From Xylographa opegraphella (lineage: Eukaryota), in contig JALDZX010000022.1 of assembly GCA_022813865.1 (NCBI GenBank), positions 248,001-312,000 of the forward strand: DNA of 64,000 nt. The letters are read 5' to 3'. A program made the translations under genes and the position numbers. The notes below the pieces were generated by a model, which was given only the letters and a program-made list of their open reading frames with translations, ran no database searches and had not been told where the DNA came from. Shown here one piece after another: positions 13,001 to 23,954 of the stretch (position 1 is its first letter; every line of letters begins with the position of its first letter).

Positions 13001-13394
13001 AATTGGTGAGAGATTCTGGAAGGTGGTCTTTGTTGATTGTGAGCTCAAGGTCGCCTTGAGGGCCAGCTGAGGGCGTGACCGGAATTCGCCGTTCCGGCTG
13101 AATTGCGTCCTCCCAGTCGACCTCCTCATCCTCTTCATCATGATGTAGCTCTTTCCTCCGTTTTGGCGGTGGTAGCGCGTCCTCAAAGTCTGAACTATTT
13201 GCATCACTCAGAGAGGTATCGCTTTGTCTTTCGTCAAGCTCATCAAGGAACCTCTGGTTCTCAGTGATCGATGTGGCAGGTTTGCCTTGGTCAAATGTAT
13301 CGAAGAGAGTTGGCTTTTTCAGTCTCTTCGTCGTCGAAACAACTTCTGATGGCGGTGTAGACAGCCGACGCTTTCGTGGAATGAAAGGTGGCAT
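10014..13394 (-). CDS. Rad4/XPC-family nucleotide excision repair protein (likely the second, Rhp42/Rad34-type paralog)
   Basis: 1126-aa ORF with transglutaminase-like core ([37 protein letters not shown]) and BHD motifs ([60 protein letters not shown]). Confidence 0.93.
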   Translation of the reverse strand: [1126 protein letters not shown]

Positions 13395-13749
13395 TGTTCG
13401 ACCACGAGTGCTCTACACCGACGGCCTCATTCATACGCTCGAGATAGGGTACAAAGGAAATGTGGTCGGCCTCGTTCCTGAATTAGACTTGTATGACGTC
13501 GTTCAAGAGGTAGGCTAAGATCTCTCGCTAATCTAGGTAGGATACCTTTCATCTATATCCTAAGGCACGAACTAGAAAGGGTTTGAGATTAGCTCAAACC
13601 CCTAATACGACAAGACTTTCCTCACGAGTCAGGACGTAGCATAGTAGAGTACTTATCCAACCCTTGAACAATCAAGCTTCTGCTTGCGAGGTCGAGCAAT
13701 ACTTAAGCCCTACGATCCGATTATGCTACTCCAGCAACAACCATCTCAT

Positions 13750-14686
13750 TCACTTCCGCCGCGCCAATATCAATCCACTGCCCCATTCAATGTCTACCTC
13801 CTTGTCCTTCCAGTTCTTATCGTTCTCCCATTCTGGTTCATTCTTCACCATGTCGTCGAACATCTGATCCACAATATCTCCCTTCCCCCCAGCTTCCCTT
13901 TTCTGAAGATCAGGATACTTCTCTTGCCAACCGTGGTATGCACTCCAAGTCCGAATGTAGTTCATGCAATCACCCAGTTTAATCCGTTTCTCCATGAAAA
14001 GGGTACCTGACCCAGAATTGCATCCTCTCGTCTCCGGCTCGTATTCGATTCTCTGCACATCTTCCGACTCCTCGTCCGGCGTAACGATGTCTCTGTACTT
14101 ATTTTGTACGATTGTTCGACCTGGCTGCTGCCAGTAGTCGCCTAGTAAGTCTCCCCCTTTACCATACGCATACATGTTCAAAATTTCTGCCGCCTTAGGA
14201 TAATGCACAAAAACGTGGTCCTTATAGCCCCAAAGAGCCAGAGTACCGCCCTTCCTCAATATTCGGTTCATTTCTGGGAAGAACTTTGAGTAGTCGAACC
14301 AATGAGCTGCTTGACCGGATACTACCATGTCGATACTACCGGAATCCAAGAACGGAAGATCTTCTGCGGGAGATTGTCGATAATCAATGTTAGATATTCC
14401 ATGATTAAGTGATCGAGCTTGATCAAGCATTCCCGATGATGGATCTGTAGCTATCACTCTAGTGAAGCTTGAGGCAAATCCATTTGCGACAATGCCATGA
14501 CCGCAACCAAGATCCACACAGAGATTCTTGGGACCTTGATGGTAACTCAAGACTGTCTTGTAAAGACGAGAGGGATAGACCGGGCGTAGCGTGGCATATG
14601 ATGCATGACAGAAAGTACTTTTTCTAAGCCATAGCATAAGCAAACGAAACATGAGAGCAGAGGTTGACATACGCAAAAGTTGCCAT
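13750..14686 (-). CDS. Class I SAM-dependent methyltransferase (Tmt1/Crg1-like); intron 14624-14672
   Basis: Spliced start MATFAKSTFCHASYATLRPVYP. Motif I VDLGCGHG, then DPSSGML, QAAHWFD and LRKGGTLALWGY. Confidence 0.88.
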
Positions 14687-14991
14687 CTTTGATTTTGAAT
14701 ATCTAAAAGTTATCACATAAGAGAGCTGAGCACAGAGTTATATATGAAAGAGACACATGCTTACTATGCAAAATATGACTCACGAGATTTTTCGTTTCCA
14801 CATTGATGACCTCGGCCCTTTGGCCTCGAGGACAAGGTAAGCCCTTATCGATAATAAACGTCATACCGAGGTTCCTACTCCGTAAGAGCTCGAAAATTCG
14901 ATACTCACAATCCGGCAACTCTCGATTGGCTGAGGATATCAAGTCAGAACTGGTTTTGATCTTCAGAGAAATAAAAGAATAAGCCGCAAAT

Positions 14992-15516
14992 ATGGCCATG
15001 GAAGCGGCTGCTAAGCGCTTCTTTGCATCTCAATACTTCGCCGTTGCAGGTGCTTCTCAGGATAAATCCAAATTTGGGTATAAAGGTTATACGGCTTCTT
15101 AATGTATGTCTAGATGCTTCGATTGACACCAAACTGCAGTCCTAGCGTGGTACAGCGCGCATTCGCTTCCTGTGACGCCCGTAAATCCCGGCAGGTCCTC
15201 CATCCAACTTTCCTCAAACACAGAGTTGTCCACTGTTCCTTCTGTCCAGTCACTGCTTCATCCGTTGGAAACATCCCTTAGTATTATAACTCCGCCTGCC
15301 GTAACGCGCAAAATTCTTGCAGAGGCAAAAGAAGCAGGGGTCAAAGCAGTGTGGTTGCAGCCGGGATCCTTTGACAAGGAAGGGCTGGAATACGCCGTCC
15401 GAGAGTTCGATGCAGGCATTGGTGGCAAAGGTGGCAGGGGAGGAGAAGGGTGGTGTGTGCTTGTTGATGGGGAAAGCATGATGAGCGCTGCTGGGAGAGA
15501 CACGGGAAAACTATAA
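14992..15516 (+). CDS. CoA-binding domain (YccU-like Rossmann) protein; intron 15086-15139
   Basis: Spliced product MAMEAAAKRFFASQYFAVAGASQDKSKFGYKVLAWY..PVTPVNP..VWLQPGS..GWCVLVDG. Ends in GKL. Confidence 0.85.
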
Positions 15517-15679
15517 AAGTAGAAAGATCACCTTCCAGAATAAGCAACTATACCGGGAGTTTCGATGCATTAAGCATTGGTATCCACGATCTACCATCGT
15601 CAGGACATTCATAGTCACTATGGGAAATCCTATGTGTTACACAAGCTCGACAATTAAAACTGAAAAGCTTTGGATCCAC

Positions 15680-16268
15680 TCATAATCGAGACGTCTCCAT
15701 TTCTCTGGCGAGCATTTCGGCCTCTTCGGCCATCTCTTGCTCACTTCTTGACTGCCTCGTACTTTCGTCGACCTTTGGAAATTGTGGTCTTCTTCTCTTT
15801 CTTTCTTCAAAATGCAGTCCTACGTCACCCTCCTCTCCCTCTAGCATCCCATAGATAGCATCACTACCACCTCGATCTTCCAGATCTGCGGCCTTGCGTG
15901 GTATAATATGAGTATGTACGTGTGGAACACTCTGACCTGCGTCTGCTCCGTCTTGCATCGCAATGTTCAAACTCGAAGCTTTGTAAACTCGTTCGATCAT
16001 CCGTCCCACCTTCTGAACGGTAAGGAAAAGATCAACCACTTCATCATGAGACAAATCAGAAAGGCGTGGAACAACCCGTCGAGGTGACACCAGGACGTGG
16101 CCTGGTAAAATAGGTTTAAGATTGACGATTGCGAAGCTCAACGGAGTCAGATGGAAGACCTGGTAAAATGCTTAGACAGATGTTCAGCTTATGAATGAGA
16201 ATTTACTATACCGATGAGGTGACTAAGTATGTGCCGAAATGTACCGGCGTGCTCCCTAACAGTGGCAT
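15680..16268 (-). CDS. HNT2: Bis(5'-adenosyl)-triphosphatase (Fhit/Hnt2, HIT family); one 5' intron
   Basis: VNLKPILPGHVLV, QDGADAGQSVPHVHTHIIPR (HIT triad) and RSEQEMAEEA. Exon 1 encodes MPLLGSTPVHFGTYLVTSS. Confidence 0.93.
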
Positions 16269-16622
16269 GTTGATGCTGCAATCTTCAGTTTTGGTAGTGA
16301 AGTTATCCATACTTGTACGTCATTGTCAACAATGGGCCAAATATTGCAACGACAATCATTCGGACAATAAGCAAGCTTTCAAAATTACGCATTGGAACTT
16401 ACTGAGACTCTGACTGCGGATCGGCGCAAATATATATCTCAAGGGTCGACATGTGATAAGTACTCCGATCTCAACGTTCGCGTCTCTCAAGGGGTCCTAA
16501 GAGTTGGGCGGCCTAGACGGAAGATTCATCATCAACAAGATATGGATTTACACTTACTCCACATCTCTCGGGGTTTTGGTTGTTATTTCTGATCAGAGCA
16601 AATCCACCTGTCATATTCAGTC

Positions 16623-18177
16623 ATGATCGGTACTTCGTTTAAGGAATATGCCTTCATTCGTGCATGTATCTTCGTTCTTCACTACATTGCTCCATTAAGC
16701 ATAGCTTGCTGCGTCTTGAATCTTCTCATTCGCGATTCAGCATTTCGTCTACCAAGGCTACTGGAAGTAATAGCGGTGGCAGAAACTGCTTTCTATCTCT
16801 TCGGCTACCTCCCACGCCGACACTATTTACAACACGCCGCCATACACCCCACGACTCTTTCAAAGGACGAGCGGCAACGACTTTTTCGACTTTGCCACGA
16901 GAATGTGCCAGATGCCGAATCATATTTGAGGAAGTGGTTCAATTGGGCGCCTCTCAGAAATATCAAACGCGATAATGTGAAAGAATTTTTTTGCTGGGCA
17001 CTTTTAAACAAGGGTGCTTGGGGTCCGGAGGATGAGGAAGAGCTAGAAGAGTATGCAGATAGTATTGGGGAACTATTGGGTAGTGGTTTGGAGCCGGGTA
17101 GAGGACCTGCAAAGCCGCTACGTTTAACCCTGGACAAAGTAAACATGATGCACCGGAGCTTAATATGGTATTGTGTAAGCTCTTCCGCCGAAAGCGCAGT
17201 TTCATTTGGTGCACCCGGGATCACACTGATGCTGAAGATAGTGTGTAGCTGTCGTCGATACGACTACTTATTGTTCCATGCTCTTCCATGGCTTCCACTT
17301 CCACCGGCTCAGACTTTCTCGGACACTTACTGTTTTTCCATTTCGTCCCATTACACTCACGAGTCCTTACAAGACACCCTCAAAGACCATCTCTTATTGG
17401 CATCGACCTCACACTTCGAAAAGTCGTCTACCAATTCTGTTCATACACGGAATTGGAATTGGACTGTACCCATATGTTAACTTCCTTGCAAGATTGAACG
17501 GTAGTGAAGAGAACGAAGCCTCTCAAGGTCAGATAGGAATTATTGCCATAGAGATTATGCCCATAAGCTTCCGGATCACAAGCGAGATGCTCGAGAAGGA
17601 CCAAATGTGCAAAGAAATCCTGCAAATCGTAAACAAGCACCATTGGAAGAAATTCGTGCTAGTGTCTCACTCTTACGGAAGTGTTGTCTCCACGCATCTA
17701 CTGAAGCACCACGGCACCACAAGCCGCATTGGTCCTGTGCTACTCGTCGATCCGGTTTCTATTCTACTCCATTTACCTGACGTCGCCTACAACTTTACTT
17801 CCCGTCCGCCTCGACATGCTAACGAACACCAGCTATACTACTTTGCTTCGATGGATATGGGCGTCGCTCATACGTTGGCAAGACGATTTTTCTGGTCCGA
17901 GAATATACTGTGGAGAGAGGATTTTCATGATCGGCAGCTGTCAGTGGCTCTCAGCGGACGTGATCTGATCGTGGATACACAGGCTGTAAGACGTTATCTC
18001 GCCAACGGCCATGTAGGGACACAACGAGACGAGGAGTGGCAAGAGCAACCCTGGAAAGGGGAAGGTCTAAACGTGCTTTGGTTTCAGCACAAGGATCATG
18101 CACAGGTATTCGACAATGAGCAGGACTTCAAACGATTAATTCGCGTAGTCAGAAATTACTCCTTGATTAAAGATTAG
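16623..18177 (+). CDS. Membrane-anchored alpha/beta-hydrolase fold protein; intron 17175-17241
   Basis: Two N-terminal hydrophobic segments, oxyanion motif LFIHGIGIG, nucleophile elbow VSHSYG, and a C-terminal DHAQ His. One intron joins ORFs 16623 and 17278. Confidence 0.82.
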
Positions 18178-18833
18178 ACAATGAACGAGCTGGATACCCT
18201 CAACCAAGATGTTCTCTTTCATGGCAATTGAATATTGATTTCATGATCAATCAAAGCTATCAGTCCGATCTTCTGCTATGATAGCTACCGTAGAAATAAG
18301 GCAAAAACGAACACATGCTCAAGAGTCTGCTATTGTCCGCACTCCTTTCAATTCGTACCCGTTGTCTGAGCAAAATGTTGTTTACTATCCAAACGACATC
18401 TGATAGGAAGGTGTGGTTGGAGACCTGCTGCAGGAGGTGCTGGCCGATGACTTTTCCATAACGCGCCACTCTTTAGAGGCACAGGAGGAAGTCTGATAGG
18501 AGAAGTGGACCAACTACAAATAGGCTATTTCTCACCAATCAAAAGTTGTAAGAACTAAGTCCAGCAATCCGGAACACCTACCTTGTTAAGTGATGTAAGT
18601 ATTCGAGGCGTATAACCCCATGAACGACCTCAAGCTGTGCCAAGGCAGTCTTAATGACAATATGACTTCATAGATGCCTACCATGTACATTGAATCTTCC
18701 TCACACTTTTGTACACTCGATCCATTAAGGAACGCGGGTGCTACGTCGCGCAAGGCAAGCTACCCGGTGATGCGGGCTGTTTCGCGTATTATATCACTCA
18801 AGTCCTTCCCATACACCCAAATATCCACCGACC

Positions 18834-19711
18834 ATGGCGCTGACTCTCCCAGCGGGCTTGACCCCCTCGGAAGTCGCGTTCCTCTGCGAGATGGAGCTTG
18901 TGACGGTGATCCCCCGCCAACGGCTCGAAGGCCTCGATCTACTCGGCGTGAGTCTGCCCCTCCGCCCAATGCTACCCTAGCGACCTGCGAGAGTCACCAT
19001 ACCTGTACGTTCGCCTTCGCACATGCCTCTCGGTAGAATGTAGATACTGAGTTCTCAGCTCATAGGGACCCATCACACCCCTCCAACCTCCCTACCGCGC
19101 CACCCTCCCCCTCTGGCTCGCCCTCCTCCTCAAGCGCCAGCGCCGCGCCAACATCCTGCCGCCCCCGTGGCTTTCCGTGCCGGCTCTCACGCACATCCTC
19201 TCTCTGGAGCAGGAGTCCCCTGTCTTTTCACCGCCGCCACCCCTGCCTCCCAACAGCCACACCGGCCCACCGTTCGTCCCGGCCGCAACCGCCGATGCGT
19301 CAGCACAAGGCTTGCCGTACCACTGGCTAGAGCTGGGGGAGATGCTGCTGGATGCGGCGGCGGATGATATACTAGAGGGAGATAATGTACGGCGGCTGAT
19401 GCGGGATCTTAGGGAGGTGAGGATGGCGAAGATGAGGGAGGGGGTGAAAGTGCTGGAGGGGGGGCGGGAGGTTAGGGTTGTGGGGGTGGGGGGTATGGAG
19501 GTCGCGGAGGGGAGGGCGTTCATCGGGGGGGTGGTGGATGGGCTAAGGTGAGTTTTGCGGCATGTGGAGTCGGTTGATGGGACAGGTGCTGATGGGTTGT
19601 AGGAAGATAGGGGCTTCGAAGGAGTTGTCGAGGAAGGAGAGGGAGGCGGAGGAGAGAGAGAATGGACTTGGTGGAGCGGATGACGATGAGGATGATGATA
19701 TGGAATTGTGA
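18834..19711 (+). CDS. PSF2: GINS complex subunit Psf2 (3 exons)
   Basis: [67 protein letters not shown] and [14 protein letters not shown], followed by an acidic tail. Confidence 0.95.
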
Positions 19712-20112
19712 ACATTTGATGAGATTCAATGGTTTGGACTCCTCGATGTGGATGTCGGGCTTGAGATATAGCAAGTGGAGTATTAATTTGGGCTTAAAAA
19801 TCAGCAGAACAGTCGCCAAAAACTCATGTAAACAAAAGGATTGCGGAATAATGCATTGGACCTCCGGCGCTGAGGGCATTCGCTAGTCAGAGGCAGCAAG
19901 AAATGGAAAAGTACTTCCAGATGTTTCAGTGCGGATGTAGGTATCAAATGATATCAATTGAGGTACGATAGTCCCAATCGAGCATGAGCTTGGCGATATT
20001 TCGAATGCTTCCTCAACGTTTTCGCGAGATGTATGCTAATGATCGACTTCCAAAGATTAGGTTATTCAGATTACTAGATTGATGCCTGAGACTCCCAACG
20101 CTGTGCTATAAA

Positions 20113-21865
20113 TCATTCCTCCGCAACCAAATTGGTGCCCTCCCTTAACCCTTCAACAACAAGCTCTTCACCCTCGGCTCGTCGGTAGATGTCTCGCACG
20201 TCATCTAATATATTGGTTAGAATATCGTAGTTGCAGGTTACAGTGGTATCTGACCTGTAGTTGTTTCAAAGTGACTTGTAGCGTCGTAACTCTTTGATAT
20301 AAAGATATTGTCCGACACTCCACTTTCGAGCGGTTCGTAAAGGGGGATCGGAGGACCCATGAATTTCTCCTCGATTTTGCCAAGTCGTTCTAGACCGGGT
20401 TGCAGCTCAAGGTGATGGTTACTCGAGTTCTCAGCAATAGTGGAGACGATGGCAATGTAATAACCTTTCGGGCATACGTTATGCGCTGAGGATACCACAG
20501 CAACATATATGTCTGTTAATGTTAGTGCTATCAGGTTACGGATAGAGCGGCAATAGTTACCATTCTTTCGACCAACCTGCGACTGTGGAATAATGAGCTG
20601 ACAAGAGTCGCTATTGTCTGTGCTTGCGATCGTGTGGTTCAGGATACAGATAGCCTTAAGAAGATGGCCAACAACTTGGACTTTGCCGGGGAAGTATGAC
20701 GGATCGGCAAGAATTTTGGTAGTCTTGGTAGTGAACTTCATGCCCTCACTCTCGTCACCTCTTTCCCGCATAGTTGCCTTGATACCAGCCACCTTGCTTC
20801 CGTCGTACAATACCTCGTCTACGGTTGTGTTGAGCATGTAGGTACCACCATAGATGGCAGAAAGCCGAGCGAACCCCTGTGGTAGTTCTCCTAGACCATA
20901 AAGTGGATAAATGTATGGTGACTTTCCGTAGCGTGCCATTGAGTTCACGTAAAGTCGAATACGCTGAACGGTGTCTTTTGCCATACCTGCAGCGCTGATG
21001 TACTCGTCTGTTTGATAGAGAGCCATTGAGTGGCCGATAAAATCACGAGTCGTAGCTTCCAAGCCATATTTGTCATAAACCTCCTTCATAGTGCACTTGT
21101 TCAAGTTCAAGCCTGAATCCACAGCTTAGCTAGAACTTCAGTGAGGTGAGATATTACTTACCACCATAAGTTGATGGATTGTTTTCATCAAATGCACCTA
21201 CCCAGTCTAAGAACTTCTTTGCCCTCCTCTTCTCAAAGATGCCCATAAGAGGGGACCTCAAAGCTTCGCCAGCATCGGAGGGAACCTTAGCCACCGTCGC
21301 CCTTGCTCCGTTGCCTTGCTGTACATAACTGCCGGCGATTTGTCTGAACTCTAAGTATCTTGTAACGTCCGTAGATACCAGTATATTCGTCAATTCTCCG
21401 TTCGACATTAGTAGCTTCGGCACGAGGTCGATATTCCAATCATTCACTCGGCCGTACTTCTTCCATGGCTCTGTGCCTTGCTGGTAGTTGCCATATTTTT
21501 TGAAGAGCTTCGATGTGTCAGTTTGAGTCTATCGTAAACAGAAATTGGACTGACAGTCTCGATATTGACTGACGCAGATTCCCTTCCCAATTTTAGCTGA
21601 GCTCAATTTTCAAGTGGTAGAACACACCCCCCATAATGATCATTTCGATCAATGTGCAAGACTTTCTTCCCCTTCACGCTGAGCACGCTTCTCAATGTAT
21701 CAGCAGACGAGATCATTACGTTCCCTGGGATCTGCGACATACCCAGACAAAACGCACTCGGTCAAGCCTGCGAGTTGTAAGCTCCTTAGGAGAGGATCCG
21801 CCAGAAGGGGAGCAAGTACCTGTCCCGAGAACCACCACATCGTACTCCGGCGCTATCTCGTCCAT
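20113..21865 (-). CDS. GDI1: Rab GDP-dissociation inhibitor (multi-exon)
   Basis: MDEIAPEYDVVVLGTGLTECVLSG, DWNIDLVPKLLM, YGKSPYIYPLYGLGELPQGFARLSAIYGGTYML and SYDATSHFETT. Last exon DDVRDIYRRAEGEELVVEGLREGTNLVAEE*. Confidence 0.97.
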
Positions 21866-22593
21866 AATTAGTACTGTAAAGCACAAGGGAGGATGTGATG
21901 CAGATTATCGTGGCTACACGTAGCACAAGATAGCGAGCTATATTTGTCGCTGTGACCGATGGGGGGGTTTCCGCTTTAGATTTCACCCAAAGAATACCGT
22001 CATAGGTCCGGTTATCTTACACTAGCTGCACTCAAGTGCATACCCTAGGATATCGGAAAACAAACCTGCGCTTATGATGATGACGACTCTCGAACCGATT
22101 GCCGTGCTGCTCCCGCGCCTATGATAGCACATGCCAATCAAAAGTCTACCTACCTAGTATCCAGTAAAGAAACTAAAACCGTTACAGTGGACAAATTACC
22201 CATATATCACCTATAATCTCTATTACTATTGTCAGGCAATAATTGTAAGATATCAACACAGACTTGCCAACTTCAAACTGGTAAGAATATCTCAGTGAGG
22301 AAGAGCACGTCCTGCCATCATGCTTGTACTCTTTCCTTCCGCCCTACTCTAGGTTGTCCATGCATATCTATACCTTCTGGTAACTTCGTCCTTCTTTCAA
22401 TCAAATTTCATTCGATATCTCCATCTCCCTACTCCGGTCCAGTTGTTCCTGACATAGCTTGTCGTCTGTGAAAAACAAGGCACTGCCGCAAATACTTCCT
22501 CTTAACATGGTGTCTATGACTCTGGGCGTTGATTGCCGTGTTCGTATATGAGAATTCCTGCCAAAGCAACTAGAATCTGCACTTTCATCAACC

Positions 22594-23307
22594 ATGAGTT
22601 TGGGATGTGGAATTAACGACGTAATCGCAGTCGGCAGGCTTGCGTGGACGGTTAAAAGTCCTGCAAAGATGCTCCAGCTAGCTTTCGCAACATCTCTCAG
22701 GAAGCCATAGCATTTGAAGCTGTAATTCGGCAGTTTGACGAAGCCTTCGAAGGAGAAAATTTGCCTCAGGTCGAGCAAGAATGGCTTAGATGCGTTGGAA
22801 AGGGATGTCAAGATGTACTCAAGAATTACACGGACTTTTCCAGAAGTAAGAACGTTCAGGTTCCATTGCTAAGCTTTCATTCGATCGAATGAAGTGGGGT
22901 GCTGCACCTGTGGACAAGCTGCGGACTCGACTTATGTCGAACACAATGCTAATCTCTGCGATTCTACAGTAAGTTCTGCTTAACAGCTTTTTCTGTTCCT
23001 GTTCGATTTCGACAGATACTACAGAACTTCTCCTGCTGTTACAATAAAGCACATCAAATGAGACTTGCAGGAGTTTCAAGAAGAAGAAAGTGCAAGCTCA
23101 ATCTTTAGCTCCATATCGGTTAACTCACTTTCGTCAGATGATTGAATTCAGTGGCGAGTTATCCGCAAAGAACTAGAGGGCCGAGGGCCAACGCTTACGG
23201 TAATCGACAAAAGTCGAGAGCTTATAGTGAACTGCTTGGCAACTATGTTATTTTCTGTACAGATGCAGGATCCCTCAGCTATGTCGCCAGCTAGAAGCAC
23301 CCAATGA
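22594..23307 (+). pseudogene. Disabled gene for a fungal HeLo-like/STAND N-terminal-domain protein
   Basis: Reconstructed reading: MSLGCGINDVIAVGRLAWTV/KSCKDAPASFRNISQE..GKGCQDVL/ELHGLFQK*E..SFDRMKWGAAPVDKLRTRLMSNT [intron 22969-~23015] ..SVNSLSSDD*IQWRVIRKELE. Frameshifts near 22654 and 22821; stops at 22847, 23059 and 23143. Confidence 0.75.
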
Positions 23308-23954
23308 GGCGAAATGTTACCTACTTAAATACCGAGTTTATACGCTGGCTCAGCATGGCAATAGCGACTGGAACGACGTCGAAAAAGGCGTGTGGACAAA
23401 GCATAGAGAGCATTTCCATAACAGAGTTTGGTCGTCAAGCGGTTGACTGGTTGGACGCAAGTAGTTACAATGTCTTCGTGTTTTTTTCATTGCTATTGCG
23501 CTACGATAAGACACTAGAGAATGGGAACAATTATTTATAGAAAGTCTGCATGGATTATAAGTTTGGTGATGCCGACGGTTATATCTGCTTTTATGTCCTG
23601 GTCTAGCTGAAACGGAATGCCAAATTAAATTTATAGTACATATATGGCTCGTTGTTATATACATGTTGCCATCGATCACAAGGTCTTGCACGCTTGGAAT
23701 AAAAAAATTCATTGGTCAGTGAGGCGACTGGTACTATATCCGGTCCAGTTCCATCGCAGGAGTCCTCCGTTCCGCGAAGCTCAGGCGCGTATCTCGCTGT
23801 CGTCGTCTCTATGTGCCAATTTTTGCTTGCGGAGCGGGGAGCCCTGCGTTTTGTGAAGACGTGTTGATGGGAAGACATTACAGGTATTCGTTGACCTCTT
23901 TTCGACGGCGAAAGAACTCCTTAGTGGTAACTTCAAAACAGTCACGACCAGAAC

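Noticed and set aside
13579..13601. 9-bp perfect hairpin GGGTTTGAG-attag-CTCAAACCC upstream of the Rad4-family gene
   Set aside because: A single short stem is expected by chance in 64 kb, and bacterial terminator logic does not apply.
20060..20100. Sequence after the GDI1 stop echoing its C-terminus (GINLVI versus GTNLVA), a possible alternative last exon
   Set aside because: No donor/acceptor pair gives a convincing in-frame join, and the similarity is short.
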